Virus record (IMG/VR): IMGVR_UViG_3300034683_000041
Coordinates: 1-64,000 of that record
Length of the DNA stretch: 64,000 bases
Source of the DNA: a virus
Strand: one strand, 5' to 3'
Below the pieces are notes generated by a model. It was not told the DNA's origin, ran no database searches, and worked only from the letters and a program-made list of their open reading frames with translations. Made by a program: the position numbers and the translations under genes. The number at the start of each line of letters is the position of its first letter. The stretch's first letter is position 1. Of this stretch, positions 9,628 to 19,478 are shown piece by piece.

Positions 9628-9657
9628 TACAAGGTAGTGGGATCCCACTACCTTGTA
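9628..9657. terminator. 30-bp perfect palindrome plus T tract
   Basis: tacaaggtagtggga/tcccactaccttgta. Confidence 0.75.
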
Positions 9658-9675
9658 TTTTTAAAAGGAGGTACA

Positions 9676-9911
9676 ATGGTTAAAGTAAATACAGTGTGTT
9701 CCCAATCTACTGACACTATCAAGAAATATCCCTCTGGATATTCTTGTAGAAAAAATAATAGAAAAACATACCGCATGGATTGATTTTTTTTGGAAAAATC
9801 ATAGGACAACGATCTAAATATGCAGAAGCGCTTAAAGCTACTGAACAGTTGTCCGACGAAGAAGCATTAATAGCTATTCAGAACATTGTTCCAGATTACA
9901 AATTGGATTAG
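9676..9911 (+). pseudogene. small doubly frameshifted ORF
   Basis: AAGGAGGT RBS; protein-like reading continues across shifts at gtgtgt and a T8 tract (9784-9791). Confidence 0.4.
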
Positions 9912-9913
9912 AA

Positions 9914-9951
9914 TATAGATAAGTCTCTTCTTTGGAAGAGACTTATCTATA
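9914..9951. terminator. 17-bp hairpin
   Basis: tatagataagtctcttc/gaagagacttatctata. Confidence 0.7.
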
Positions 9952-10029
9952 CAGTTAGTATTCGATATATTTCATAGATGGGATAATTCGAAATATGATA
10001 TGATTATATTTTCACATTTGGAGTAAGTC

Positions 10030-10686
10030 ATGTCACTAAAAAATAACGACAATGGCACTATGTATTATTACAATCCGATAGCCCCATATGAACTTTTAGT
10101 CGAATGCCCACTTGATCTTGAACAAGATTTGTCGTATTCTCCGGGATATTCGTGTTGTACTAAAGTACCTCCCCCAAATCCAAAAAATGGATATGCCATA
10201 TGTTGGGATCACGATAAAAAATCTTGGAGATATGTCATAGATCACAGGGGACAACTGTATTGGACAGAGGATATGACGTACAATGACTCCGGCATTCCTG
10301 TAACCGAACTTGGACCCATACCAGAAGCTAAAACATTCACTAGACCGCCTATTCCTACAAATATACAAAGAAAACGGGTACTTCAAAAAATCGATACTAA
10401 AGAATTGCAGATTCTTGAACAAGGTGTCACGTACAATGGAAAAGCATATAAATCCGATATGTCGTCGATGTTAGAGTATTTGATTTTCCAAAACTCTGCA
10501 GAACAAAAAGAATTTTTGAGAGTACAACTTAAAGATGGATCTTGGACTAAAATTGACAAACAGATGTGTTTTGACATTCTAAAATTATGCAAATATAACT
10601 TAAAGTTAGCCAAAGAATACCGATATGCTAAAACTATGCAGTTAGAGACATATCCCGATCATAAATTAGAATCATTTCCTTTGTAA
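10030..10686 (+). CDS. tail fibre assembly (Tfa-like) protein
   Basis: PPPNPKNGYAICWD...WRYVIDHRG...ELGPIP motif; ATGATATG at 9995-10002. Confidence 0.75.
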   Translation: MSLKNNDNGTMYYYNPIAPYELLVECPLDLEQDLSYSPGYSCCTKVPPPNPKNGYAICWDHDKKSWRYVIDHRGQLYWTEDMTYNDSGIPVTELGPIPEAKTFTRPPIPTNIQRKRVLQKIDTKELQILEQGVTYNGKAYKSDMSSMLEYLIFQNSAEQKEFLRVQLKDGSWTKIDKQMCFDILKLCKYNLKLAKEYRYAKTMQLETYPDHKLESFPL

Positions 10687-10843
10687 TTTAAGTATACTAC
10701 TTTTGAACGTCTAAATACATCTAAAAGTATACTATGCGATTTGGTTGTACAAATAATCGTGTACAACCAACGAAAACATTTGATGCGGGGTATCAACGAA
10801 TTTAATCGTCCGCAGTTATCTTAACGTATATTTGGAGAAACGT

Positions 10844-11857
10844 ATGTTAGCAATAGATTTTCCTAATGCTGCTTCTACGATCAACGATAAGTACTATCGC
10901 GAGATTGTCTCTGAGGAACGATTTGAGTTTCCTTCTACAGCAGAAGATTTTATATCGACTGGAGTGGCTGATCATGATGAGTTCATCAGTGAAGTTGATG
11001 GTGATCCTGTAGTTAGAACATATAACAACTTCACCATCAACGAAGGACATCTTGTTCGTCCTACGAATCGGTGTAAAGGACTGTATCTCAATATTCTTGG
11101 GGATGCACACATCCACGGAACACTGTCCATGACTGCAAGAGGAGCATTTGCTCCTGGTAAGTATGTCGGTATAGACTTGAAAAATAAAGTTATACATTAC
11201 AATCACAGCGATACCTATCCGGAAGATGCGATGTTCGTCATGACGCCTATAGGTGGTCCTCGACTGACAACGTATAATACTCGTGGATCTGACGGAGTGG
11301 GTAACTCGTGTGGAGGCGGTGGATGTGGTGCGGTAGAATACCACTACGGTGGTGTTGGAGGATATGGGGGGGAAGGTACTTCTTTTTCCGGTGGAGCTGG
11401 AGGAGGCGGGACTGCAAGAGGAACCGCAGGCTCTGGTGGTATAAATGCTGGTAGAGGAGGAAACGGATACGGATTCGTCGCTACTACCGGTGTATGGTTT
11501 TCTGCAGGCGGAGGAGCCGGTAACCCTGGAGGACCTGGCTCTTATGGTGGACATACAGGAGAATCTGGCGCAGGTGGTGTGATCATTGTGTTCGTTCATG
11601 GAGATCTCGTTATCCATCCTACAGGGAAGATAGTTTCTGCCGGATCTAAAGGTGGAGATGGGTATGACCCTGGTGGTGGATCTGGTGGTGGTGCCATCCA
11701 TATATTCTACAAGGGGTTATTCGAAGGATCCGATAAGTTATTTGTTCCTGGAGGAGGTGGGGGACGTCCTATCCCTGCAGGAGGATATTCCGGAGCAATT
11801 GGTGCTCCCGGAGGTACCGGATCGATATCCCATCAACGTATACCTAGTATATGGTAA
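10844..11857 (+). CDS. glycine-rich tail fibre / receptor-binding-like protein
   Basis: many GGxG repeats, GGGSGGGAIHIFY; next to Tfa; ATACTATG at 10729-10736. Confidence 0.7.
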   Translation: MLAIDFPNAASTINDKYYREIVSEERFEFPSTAEDFISTGVADHDEFISEVDGDPVVRTYNNFTINEGHLVRPTNRCKGLYLNILGDAHIHGTLSMTARGAFAPGKYVGIDLKNKVIHYNHSDTYPEDAMFVMTPIGGPRLTTYNTRGSDGVGNSCGGGGCGAVEYHYGGVGGYGGEGTSFSGGAGGGGTARGTAGSGGINAGRGGNGYGFVATTGVWFSAGGGAGNPGGPGSYGGHTGESGAGGVIIVFVHGDLVIHPTGKIVSAGSKGGDGYDPGGGSGGGAIHIFYKGLFEGSDKLFVPGGGGGRPIPAGGYSGAIGAPGGTGSISHQRIPSIW

Positions 11858-11865
11858 TGATTATC

Positions 11866-11903
11866 AGATATGTCTCCCTTTTTTAGGGAGACATATCTTT
11901 TTT
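11866..11903 (+). terminator. hairpin plus T tract
   Basis: agatatgtctccct/agggagacatatct. Confidence 0.8.
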
Positions 11904-11989
11904 AATGTGAAAGGCACTTCTAATTGATGTACAGTTATTTCTAGTTAAGCACATCTTATGCCCTAACTCCCAGACAAAGGAGATGTATA

Positions 11990-12595
11990 ATGCAAGTCAA
12001 TGTGAACTGGACATATAAGTTTGGATTCATTGAGGCATTTGAATCGCTGAACGGTATATATAAAGTAGTTCAAATCATGTCGTATAAAGAATTGTTGGAT
12101 AGCAATCTTTCTCTTTACGATGGACTTTATGTTCACGTAAATAAAACACAACAGGATTTGGACAACGATGTAGCCAAATACAGAACAGACGATATCCTCA
12201 AATTAGAATCTGTGATTGACAAAACAAAGGTTTATTACATTCCCAGCAAAATATTACGGTTTATACCGGAAACAAATGTTAATAAATACGCTAAATTAGC
12301 AGTGGGTTTAAATGTTGGCCCGTGTAATAGTAAAGAAGATTTGGATCACATTGTAGAAGCACTCCAGCAACTGATGACTAAAATGTTCGGGATCTCTCAG
12401 TCTCCGAGTGTTTTTAGTGTAGGAAGTGTGTGGTTAACAGATGCCGAATATGCGACTATAACCGCAGAACGGGATAACGAAGCTAGAGAAGTCATCAATT
12501 ATTATGGAGAAAATAAAAAGCTTCTTGAAACTATCAGTCAGCAAAATGAAACAATACGTCAACTACAATTGTTGATCAAAGACCATTTAGGCTAA
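11990..12595 (+). CDS. jumbo-phage protein, probable structural
   Basis: YIPS..I..IP motif, C-terminal coiled coil; ATCTTATG at 11953-11960. Confidence 0.65.
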   Translation: MQVNVNWTYKFGFIEAFESLNGIYKVVQIMSYKELLDSNLSLYDGLYVHVNKTQQDLDNDVAKYRTDDILKLESVIDKTKVYYIPSKILRFIPETNVNKYAKLAVGLNVGPCNSKEDLDHIVEALQQLMTKMFGISQSPSVFSVGSVWLTDAEYATITAERDNEAREVINYYGENKKLLETISQQNETIRQLQLLIKDHLG

Positions 12596-12609
12596 AGGAG
12601 TATTTCGTT

Positions 12610-14532
12610 ATGTATTTAACCCCAGATTTGACTGCAGAAAATCTTCTTTATCGAAAAGATAATGATGTACGGATGATTATATCTGCAGAACAAAAACTCA
12701 CGTTCACTAGTCCTATCTATTCCGATACTATCAATATGGTTTTGATGGGTACACAAAATCAGACACTTATCAAAGGTATTGATTGGACAGTACGTTCGGA
12801 AGATATTGCTATAGAAAGTACTTCTCAGATGCGTCTTATAGACCACACATTTAACAAAGAACTTGTGCGCAGTATAACGATCATCAAACCGTATGTTGCA
12901 GATTACAAGATCTTTATGACTTATCAGATGCTCTATCCTGAGCATAGTAAAGTCGCATTGAATGAAACAGAAGAGGTACTTGAATTTACGCCAGATCTGT
13001 TAACACATATACTTCAATTATTACGTGCACACGATAGACTGTTATCTCCTATAACTGATGTACATAGTCCGGTAGAACGTAATCCTAGGATGTTCGAAAT
13101 TGATCAGCACAAAGAACTTCCTGAGAACTTTGTTTCTAACGAATTACATAGCGTAAATACTCTAGAGCAAATTCACACGATCCATCCTATCGGCGGAGCA
13201 TTTTTCAAAGATTCGCTCGTTGTAGAAAAAGTAGATCCTACAGTCAGCGATCCTATGGCACATGTCCCTGAAAATGTACTTATCCCTGGAGTAGACTACA
13301 AAGTATTTGGTTGTGATTATCACAAGACAAGTATGACTAAGAATACTTCTGGTGTATATAGATTCGTCCTGTTCACAAAAGCATTTGTGGGTCAAGTCAA
13401 AGTAAGCTATCATGCATATGGCGGAGATCCTACACTGTACGACATACGTCAACAAGAAGAATCTATCGATAACATACGCCGATATGTTCTTGAATCTCAG
13501 TTACTTACTCCCAAGACATTAGGCAACACACCACAAATCATCACAATTTCCAATAGAATATTGGAATTGGAGGAAAAGATGCGTATATTAGCACAACAAG
13601 GTCGTCCTTCTTACGGAGATGTAAGTCACGGCGGTACGCTTATCAAAAAGATCACATCTGTAGATGACGAACTTCACTGGTACACTATCGCAGAATTATT
13701 CAAAGTAGACGGTTCTGAAGAAGTATTTATAGCCGACATCATGCGTCTGTCTATACAGACACTTTACACAAAATTCACATTTGACGTTTTAGTCAATGTA
13801 AATATTGAACATCCTACTGATCGACTTGAAGTTGCATGTACTTCAGCAACGTATCCTAAAGGATATATTCCTTTTGAAGATTATTCCCAAATAGAAAATA
13901 TCATTCGTCCTCAGTTTAGGATCATTTGGAATGAAAATACGGTGGAAGGTTCCGGTATCTTTTTACAGATCGGGATGCGTCTTAAAGGATACGTCGAAGA
14001 AACTTTGGCTATCGAAGACATGAGTGGACAGCAATCTGCTTGGAAACTTATACCTACTCCTGTAGAAGCATCTCTTCCTGAAGATAATTTGATAGCACTT
14101 CCTAGTAACAACCACACTTGGGACGTACTTAACCCGAATAGTCGCTCTGAAAGTCAGATGATACCCTTCCCGGATGGGCACCTTATTTGGGCAGGACAAG
14201 AAGCGCTTAACCGTCCTAACTCGGGATGGATGAGTCATCGGTTAGTACATCTTCTTGAAAAAGATACTGACATCCGTAAGATCAAACAGATCCGTTGTGA
14301 TCTTACTGAAGAAGGTGGAAATCGATTCCCCATTATGTTCAACTTCATTCGCGGCTCTGAAAAGTTACAATCCAGTACGACGTTTAACTACAACGGAAAA
14401 CCTTCTTACATGGTTGCGCAGATAACACGCGATGCAGTAAATGGGAATATAGTTATTGATATAGCTGCAGACATCGTTGCAGGTCCTACTGCTAACCGAC
14501 TTGATTTAAGTCAAGTCTTAGTCTTCTTCTAA
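12610..14532 (+). CDS. putative virion structural (tail/baseplate) protein
   Basis: PDLT..N, FF.DSL and two L..G.D[WY] motifs recalled from phiKZ-like structural proteins. Confidence 0.65.
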   Translation: MYLTPDLTAENLLYRKDNDVRMIISAEQKLTFTSPIYSDTINMVLMGTQNQTLIKGIDWTVRSEDIAIESTSQMRLIDHTFNKELVRSITIIKPYVADYKIFMTYQMLYPEHSKVALNETEEVLEFTPDLLTHILQLLRAHDRLLSPITDVHSPVERNPRMFEIDQHKELPENFVSNELHSVNTLEQIHTIHPIGGAFFKDSLVVEKVDPTVSDPMAHVPENVLIPGVDYKVFGCDYHKTSMTKNTSGVYRFVLFTKAFVGQVKVSYHAYGGDPTLYDIRQQEESIDNIRRYVLESQLLTPKTLGNTPQIITISNRILELEEKMRILAQQGRPSYGDVSHGGTLIKKITSVDDELHWYTIAELFKVDGSEEVFIADIMRLSIQTLYTKFTFDVLVNVNIEHPTDRLEVACTSATYPKGYIPFEDYSQIENIIRPQFRIIWNENTVEGSGIFLQIGMRLKGYVEETLAIEDMSGQQSAWKLIPTPVEASLPEDNLIALPSNNHTWDVLNPNSRSESQMIPFPDGHLIWAGQEALNRPNSGWMSHRLVHLLEKDTDIRKIKQIRCDLTEEGGNRFPIMFNFIRGSEKLQSSTTFNYNGKPSYMVAQITRDAVNGNIVIDIAADIVAGPTANRLDLSQVLVFF

Positions 14533-14543
14533 AAGGACGTGTT

Positions 14544-14768
14544 ATGATCTTGGTAGACACAAAGAAAATACCGGAACTTAATAAACATTTTGTGATCTCA
14601 TGGTACTGCGTAACCAAAGCTCAGCTCCGAGACATGAAACTTAAAAGTTCTCAAAAAGTATTTAACCATGGAGATATACCTAAAGGGTTTTACACTAACT
14701 CGGCACAATTCTTTGTCGAAGAAGGTATACTCAGAAATGGTTACGGCATCTTAAAACGTATCTCTTGA
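14544..14768 (+). CDS. hypothetical protein
   Basis: AAGGA RBS, operon. Confidence 0.6.
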   Translation: MILVDTKKIPELNKHFVISWYCVTKAQLRDMKLKSSQKVFNHGDIPKGFYTNSAQFFVEEGILRNGYGILKRIS

Positions 14769-14795
14769 TTTTCTTCTCTATTCCTTCCTTCTACT

Positions 14796-14824
14796 GTGTA
14801 TGAGTCCGGATAGGACTCATACAC
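14796..14824. terminator. 12-bp hairpin
   Basis: gtgtatgagtcc/ggactcatacac. Confidence 0.65.
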
Positions 14825-14860
14825 TATCAATAACAATACCTGATATTTAGGAGGTAGTTT

Positions 14861-15076
14861 ATGCGTACTCGTTATGACGTTACTTTAATGTCAGGAAATT
14901 TGATAACACGTTGTAGACAGTTCATAATAAAAAACCAAGATGGTACTTGGTATGATGAGAATACGGCTATGACGTTTTCTTCAGAAAATGATATCTATCA
15001 GTACTATGGCAAAAATGACATCTTAGTTATCTTAACACCAGTCGAGGAGATGAGAATATGTGGGCATTCGCTATAG
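14861..15076 (+). CDS. hypothetical protein
   Basis: AGGAGG RBS. Confidence 0.65.
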   Translation: MRTRYDVTLMSGNLITRCRQFIIKNQDGTWYDENTAMTFSSENDIYQYYGKNDILVILTPVEEMRICGHSL

Positions 15077-15723
15077 ACCGACAATACTTTATTGTATTCG
15101 ATAAAACTCAAAAAGAGTACGATGTGTTGTCATATCCACACTATCCTACAACCGATGAAGATGTCGGCATAATCATGGTCGACAACAGAAATCCTAAAAC
15201 TCCTATCATTTCTGGATATGGGGGAGTTGACGACATAGTGTCTAACTACAACCACCCTCTGACTTCTTTGGTTATTTACATGGCTCAAAAGCACATGGAA
15301 CTTCTTCCCGTAGCATATTGGGACATGACACAATTGCATGCAACTGCCAATCCATTCTATTTTGAAGATTTCTTTGTCAGACAGTTGTCTCTCATAATCT
15401 CAGATGAAGAAGGTAAGATCCCAAATATCGAGGATGAATTAAAATATAAGGATAACTCTTGGTCACGTATATTTGGAGTGGTTTATCACGGAGAACACAA
15501 AGTACAAACTAAAGTCAAAACACTTGTTCGTCCGATACTGTTCCTCGGAATGAGAGACGGACAGATCATCCTCGGTAAAACTACTAATAGTTATCATGTT
15601 GATGAAGATGCCCCAGATATCATGTTCGGAAGGATCCATCTGAATGAAGATGTCGCTGTCGATTTGAAACCTCTAGCTCCCTATGACAGTGAAGAAATTC
15701 GTTCTATTGTACCAAGTAATTAA
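15058..15723 (+). CDS. hypothetical protein
   Basis: GAGGAG RBS, 221 aa. Confidence 0.7.
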   Translation: MWAFAIDRQYFIVFDKTQKEYDVLSYPHYPTTDEDVGIIMVDNRNPKTPIISGYGGVDDIVSNYNHPLTSLVIYMAQKHMELLPVAYWDMTQLHATANPFYFEDFFVRQLSLIISDEEGKIPNIEDELKYKDNSWSRIFGVVYHGEHKVQTKVKTLVRPILFLGMRDGQIILGKTTNSYHVDEDAPDIMFGRIHLNEDVAVDLKPLAPYDSEEIRSIVPSN

Positions 15724-15732
15724 TTTCGACAA

Positions 15733-15793
15733 GAGAAGAGTTCTTAGGAACTCTTCTCATTGCAAGCTCTATCCGTTTTGAAGGATATATTAC
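15733..15793 (+). promoter_or_regulatory. hairpin (15733-15758) plus early promoter TATATTAC (15786-15793)
   Basis: seen directly. Confidence 0.75.
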
Positions 15794-15834
15794 TATTGTG
15801 TATCTATACCTGAATTCATTTAAGGAGAATCACT

Positions 15835-17178
15835 ATGTCTGAAGTACAAAATACTATCGTAGCTACAGATGACAATATCGTGTACATCGTTAGCTCCGAG
15901 ATCAAACGGTTGGGAGACCGTGCTGATCTTAATCACATAGATGTCAGTAACATTACTGACATGTCGTGTCTGTTTAATACGTCTTCATTCAATGGAGACA
16001 TATCCAAGTGGAATGTATCAAACGTTAAGGATATGTCTTGGATGTTCTCAGAATCTGAGTTCAATGGAGACATATCTGACTGGAATGTATCTGGTGTAGT
16101 AAACATGCACGGCATGTTCTCACATTCTAAGTTCGATCAGGATATATCGAACTGGGATGTGTCTCATGTTGAAGATATGTCTTATATGTTCGATGAGTCT
16201 CAGTTCAATCAAGACATATCGTCTTGGGACGTATCGAACGTTACTGAGATGAATAACATGTTCGAACGTTCTGTATTCAATGGGGATATCGCATCCTGGG
16301 ATGTCAGTAACGTTAAGAACATGCGTACAATGTTCACATACTCACGATTCAACAGAGATATCTCCCGGTGGGATGTGAGTAATGTGGTATTCATGTCTTG
16401 GATGTTTGCATCTTCAGTATTCGACGGGGATATATCTGGATGGGATGTATCCAACGTCAGAGATATGTCTCACATGTTCGAACGTTCTAAGTTCAATCGG
16501 GACATATCTAAATGGAATGTGTCTAACGTTAAATACATGCAACACATGTTCTCAGAATCAATATTCAACCAAGACATATCTTCTTGGAATATTGGTCGAG
16601 TAAAAGATATGTCTGGCATGTTCGAACGTTCGATATTCGATCAGGACATATCCCGATGGGATGTGTCGCACGTTACAAATATGTTTGGAATGTTCTCACA
16701 CTCTAAGTTCAAAGGGGATCTATCCAAATGGGACGTAAGTGAAGTCGAGAACATGCGCTGCATGTTCTCAGAATCTGTGTTCAATAGAGACATATCCATG
16801 TGGGACGTATCGAACGTTAAAGATATGTTTGGTATGTTCACAAATTCGATGTTCAACCAAGACATATCTGACTGGGATGTCTCTAATGTTAAAACAATGA
16901 AAGGGATGTTCTCAAAATCCAGGTTTGACCAAGACATATCGACATGGAATGTGTCTCAGGTTACAGATATGTCTTGGATGTTCTATAGATCCGTGTTCAA
17001 CCAGGACATAGCTTTGTGGGACGTGTCTAACGTAACTGGCATGGAATATATGTTCTACCGTGCTAAGTTCAATCAAGACATATCCCGATGGGATGTGTCC
17101 GATACGACTGACGTATCCGGCATGTTTGAAGGATCTCCTTTAGAACAACATCCTCCGATGTGGAACAAACAAAAATAG
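15835..17178 (+). CDS. DUF285/BspA-like repeat protein
   Basis: about 17 tandem 24-aa repeats WDVSNVxxMxxMFxxSxFNxDIS. Confidence 0.9.
   Translation: MSEVQNTIVATDDNIVYIVSSEIKRLGDRADLNHIDVSNITDMSCLFNTSSFNGDISKWNVSNVKDMSWMFSESEFNGDISDWNVSGVVNMHGMFSHSKFDQDISNWDVSHVEDMSYMFDESQFNQDISSWDVSNVTEMNNMFERSVFNGDIASWDVSNVKNMRTMFTYSRFNRDISRWDVSNVVFMSWMFASSVFDGDISGWDVSNVRDMSHMFERSKFNRDISKWNVSNVKYMQHMFSESIFNQDISSWNIGRVKDMSGMFERSIFDQDISRWDVSHVTNMFGMFSHSKFKGDLSKWDVSEVENMRCMFSESVFNRDISMWDVSNVKDMFGMFTNSMFNQDISDWDVSNVKTMKGMFSKSRFDQDISTWNVSQVTDMSWMFYRSVFNQDIALWDVSNVTGMEYMFYRAKFNQDISRWDVSDTTDVSGMFEGSPLEQHPPMWNKQK
15937..17130 (+). repeat. 72-bp coding tandem repeat
   Basis: period of the DUF285 repeat. Confidence 0.85.
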
Positions 17179-17196
17179 AAACGTTAGTACGTACGG

Positions 17197-17274
17197 TAAG
17201 AGAGTTCCTCCTTGACCGGGAGGAACTCTCTTATATCAAGATATGTCATTCGATTTATTTGAAGGATATATTAC
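17197..17274 (+). promoter_or_regulatory. 15-bp hairpin (17197-17233) plus early promoter TATATTAC (17267-17274)
   Basis: shares tttgaaggatatattact with the 15786 promoter. Confidence 0.75.
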
Positions 17275-17280
17275 TTTTTT

Positions 17281-17434
17281 GAACAAGAGACTAGGACACT
17301 CTTATTTAAATAACCACTCCATTGTCCTTCAAACAGATGAGTCCGTGTCCAGCTTATCTGTGGGTCGTTAAGGCGGACACAATTTAGGAAGATCGTACTA
17401 GCCCCCAAGGTACGATCTTCCTTTATTTTTTTTT
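17281..17434 (+). ncRNA. candidate ~150-nt early small RNA with two H-type pseudoknots
   Basis: early promoter, no RBS-led ORF, two pseudoknot pairings, U-tract terminator. Confidence 0.5.
17386..17434 (+). terminator. intrinsic terminator
   Basis: aggaagatcgtac/gtacgatcttcct plus long T tract. Confidence 0.8.
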
Positions 17435-17439
17435 GTTTA

Positions 17440-19383
17440 CTAGGGCATTCTTGTAAGATTGAACAGAGTTATGTCTGTCAAGTCAGTAGATGCTGACTTG
17501 AAGAACTTGCCATCCGTCCCGATAATGGAGCGAATACTACTAAGATACTCTTGACATTCTCTAGTAGCTTCATCGCTCATTATTCCGTTTAGTGAGACAG
17601 TATCCCCATCGTAATCTGCTCCAAGTCCTCTGGTTTGAGAATCGTGGATTATCAGACTGTCTACATAGTCTTTGCCCAATATTGGGTAGTGTGGGAGGAT
17701 GTACTCTTGTGTTTCATTGAACTGAGAACAGAATCTAACTTCTCTACTAGGAGCGGTAGTTCCGATCTTAGTTTTAGCCACGTAAGTTGAACCAAGTTCA
17801 ATAGCAGGATATCGTGTAACTTGACTATATTTGTCTTGAGTAGCTCGGTAAACCGCAAAGTACATCATCTCTAAATAACTAAGCGGACGGATCTTTGAAC
17901 GATCTACTTTTTCAGATCGGATCTGATCCGCTGTTAACAAGACAAGTTCAAGTACTGCTATATCTGAATGTTTACCAAAATACTCTTTTTGTTCTTCAGT
18001 TAACTCATCGTACTTGGGATGACTTTTAAGTCGTAGAAGTTCTTGTCTACTATTGACTTTGTATACTTCTCCCCAAGGAGTCTTTACTTGATCATCTTCG
18101 TGGTACTTATGAAAATCATCTCCAACTACAGTTGTGATGATATTAACTTCATTCCGGAACTTTAATGTTTCTGTTTCCGAGAATTCGATATTTTTTACGT
18201 TCGATTCCATAAAGGACACAAAATCGTCAACGTTCTTCAGAACATATATTCTATCTCCAAGATCGTACACTAAAAACGGATAATAAAACTTATTGTTCTT
18301 ATCTCGGACGATCACGGGTTTTGTTCGTATGTGTGCATTTTGGAACATCTGGATAATGGATTCCAGTCCAAGAGAACTTATCCCTTTTGTAACTTCCCGG
18401 TCAGTAACTTCAATATACTGAGTTTTGTATGTTTTAGGATCGATCGCAGTAATTGTAGTTTCACCTGAGCCAAATATCTGACTGTAAAACAATTCTCTTA
18501 GGGTATGTATCACAAGTGGCTGAAATGCTTTTGCTGCCTGGAACAATGGAATTATAGTTTCGTTGTGTTTGTGATAACTTGACGATTCTGGAGACGCAGC
18601 TTCTGATGTGGATACACTGATAACGTTACGTGATCCCCAAGCGATAGCTCTACGTGCGTATCTTCTCTGAACAAATCCGGTCTTTCCATCAAGAAAGTTC
18701 TTATGATAAAGATAAAGTTCGAATAACTTCTTTTGAAGAAGATACCGAACCCCATCGTAGAGTTTGTTCATGACAGGATCTTCACTATCTTTTACTTCCT
18801 GAGATAAACTAAGCAAAGATAAGTATATTTGATTGATTTCATCTGAAGTATACATATCTCCATCTTTACGCATATCTCGGATGCCTGCGGGAAGTATCAG
18901 AAGTTTAGTCGTAAATGCGACATTTTTTTCTCGCAATTGTTCAAGTACTTTGATTTTATTTGTTCTTGATCTTGACTTATTACGAACAAATTTTAACTGA
19001 GGAAATATCCTAACTACAAATGAATATCCTGTTTCTGCTCCAGGTGTAGTCGGTTCTGCAGGAACTAGATCTTTAAGTTTATTGTCGAATTTAGCATACG
19101 CTTTTCCTTCCATAATGGTTTGATAAAATCCTTTGATGTCTATCAAGTTCTTGTATGCAATAGGAACAAATATCTTAGAACCTAAGGTCATATACCCCAA
19201 TCTACCTAGACGTTCTGTACTTCCAACTTGCCCAAAAATAGTTTCTGAGTAGAGACCGTCTGGATGGAATTTTGTACTAGATGGCTCCCAAGATAAAAAT
19301 GATGTTACTTCCCCTATCTCGTGTTCATTTATAAACTTATCTATATCTAACGGCCAGATATTAAACGGACTTTGCGGTTCCAT
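17440..19383 (-). CDS. virion RNA polymerase beta'-like subunit (phiKZ gp180-like)
   Basis: HPDGLYSETIFG, LPAGIRD, GKTG..RR...SRNVIS, VTRYP, catalytic GADYDGD. Confidence 0.92.
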   Translation of the reverse strand: MEPQSPFNIWPLDIDKFINEHEIGEVTSFLSWEPSSTKFHPDGLYSETIFGQVGSTERLGRLGYMTLGSKIFVPIAYKNLIDIKGFYQTIMEGKAYAKFDNKLKDLVPAEPTTPGAETGYSFVVRIFPQLKFVRNKSRSRTNKIKVLEQLREKNVAFTTKLLILPAGIRDMRKDGDMYTSDEINQIYLSLLSLSQEVKDSEDPVMNKLYDGVRYLLQKKLFELYLYHKNFLDGKTGFVQRRYARRAIAWGSRNVISVSTSEAASPESSSYHKHNETIIPLFQAAKAFQPLVIHTLRELFYSQIFGSGETTITAIDPKTYKTQYIEVTDREVTKGISSLGLESIIQMFQNAHIRTKPVIVRDKNNKFYYPFLVYDLGDRIYVLKNVDDFVSFMESNVKNIEFSETETLKFRNEVNIITTVVGDDFHKYHEDDQVKTPWGEVYKVNSRQELLRLKSHPKYDELTEEQKEYFGKHSDIAVLELVLLTADQIRSEKVDRSKIRPLSYLEMMYFAVYRATQDKYSQVTRYPAIELGSTYVAKTKIGTTAPSREVRFCSQFNETQEYILPHYPILGKDYVDSLIIHDSQTRGLGADYDGDTVSLNGIMSDEATRECQEYLSSIRSIIGTDGKFFKSASTDLTDITLFNLTRMP

Positions 19384-19412
19384 GATATTGTTTACCTCCG
19401 ATCATTGAAGAG

Positions 19413-19420
19413 CATAAAAT
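19413..19420 (-). promoter_or_regulatory. late promoter ATTTTATG
   Basis: upstream of the vRNAP beta' gene. Confidence 0.6.
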
Positions 19421-19478
19421 GAGTCAGAACTGGATATAAGATGCTTACCACTCAATCCACGACCATATGGAGATACAT

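Noticed and set aside
10847-11701. 284-aa antisense ORF
   Set aside because: Shadow of the glycine-rich gene, low-complexity Thr/Ser sequence.
15937-17130. CRISPR-like array
   Set aside because: Degenerate in-frame 72-bp coding repeats with no repeat-spacer structure.
17333-17385. Hammerhead ribozyme (cagatgagtccgtg...ggac)
   Set aside because: Core reads CAGATGA not CTGATGA, and no GAAA follows the would-be stem II.
17930-18190. Intein in RNAP beta'
   Set aside because: Too short and lacks intein terminal motifs.
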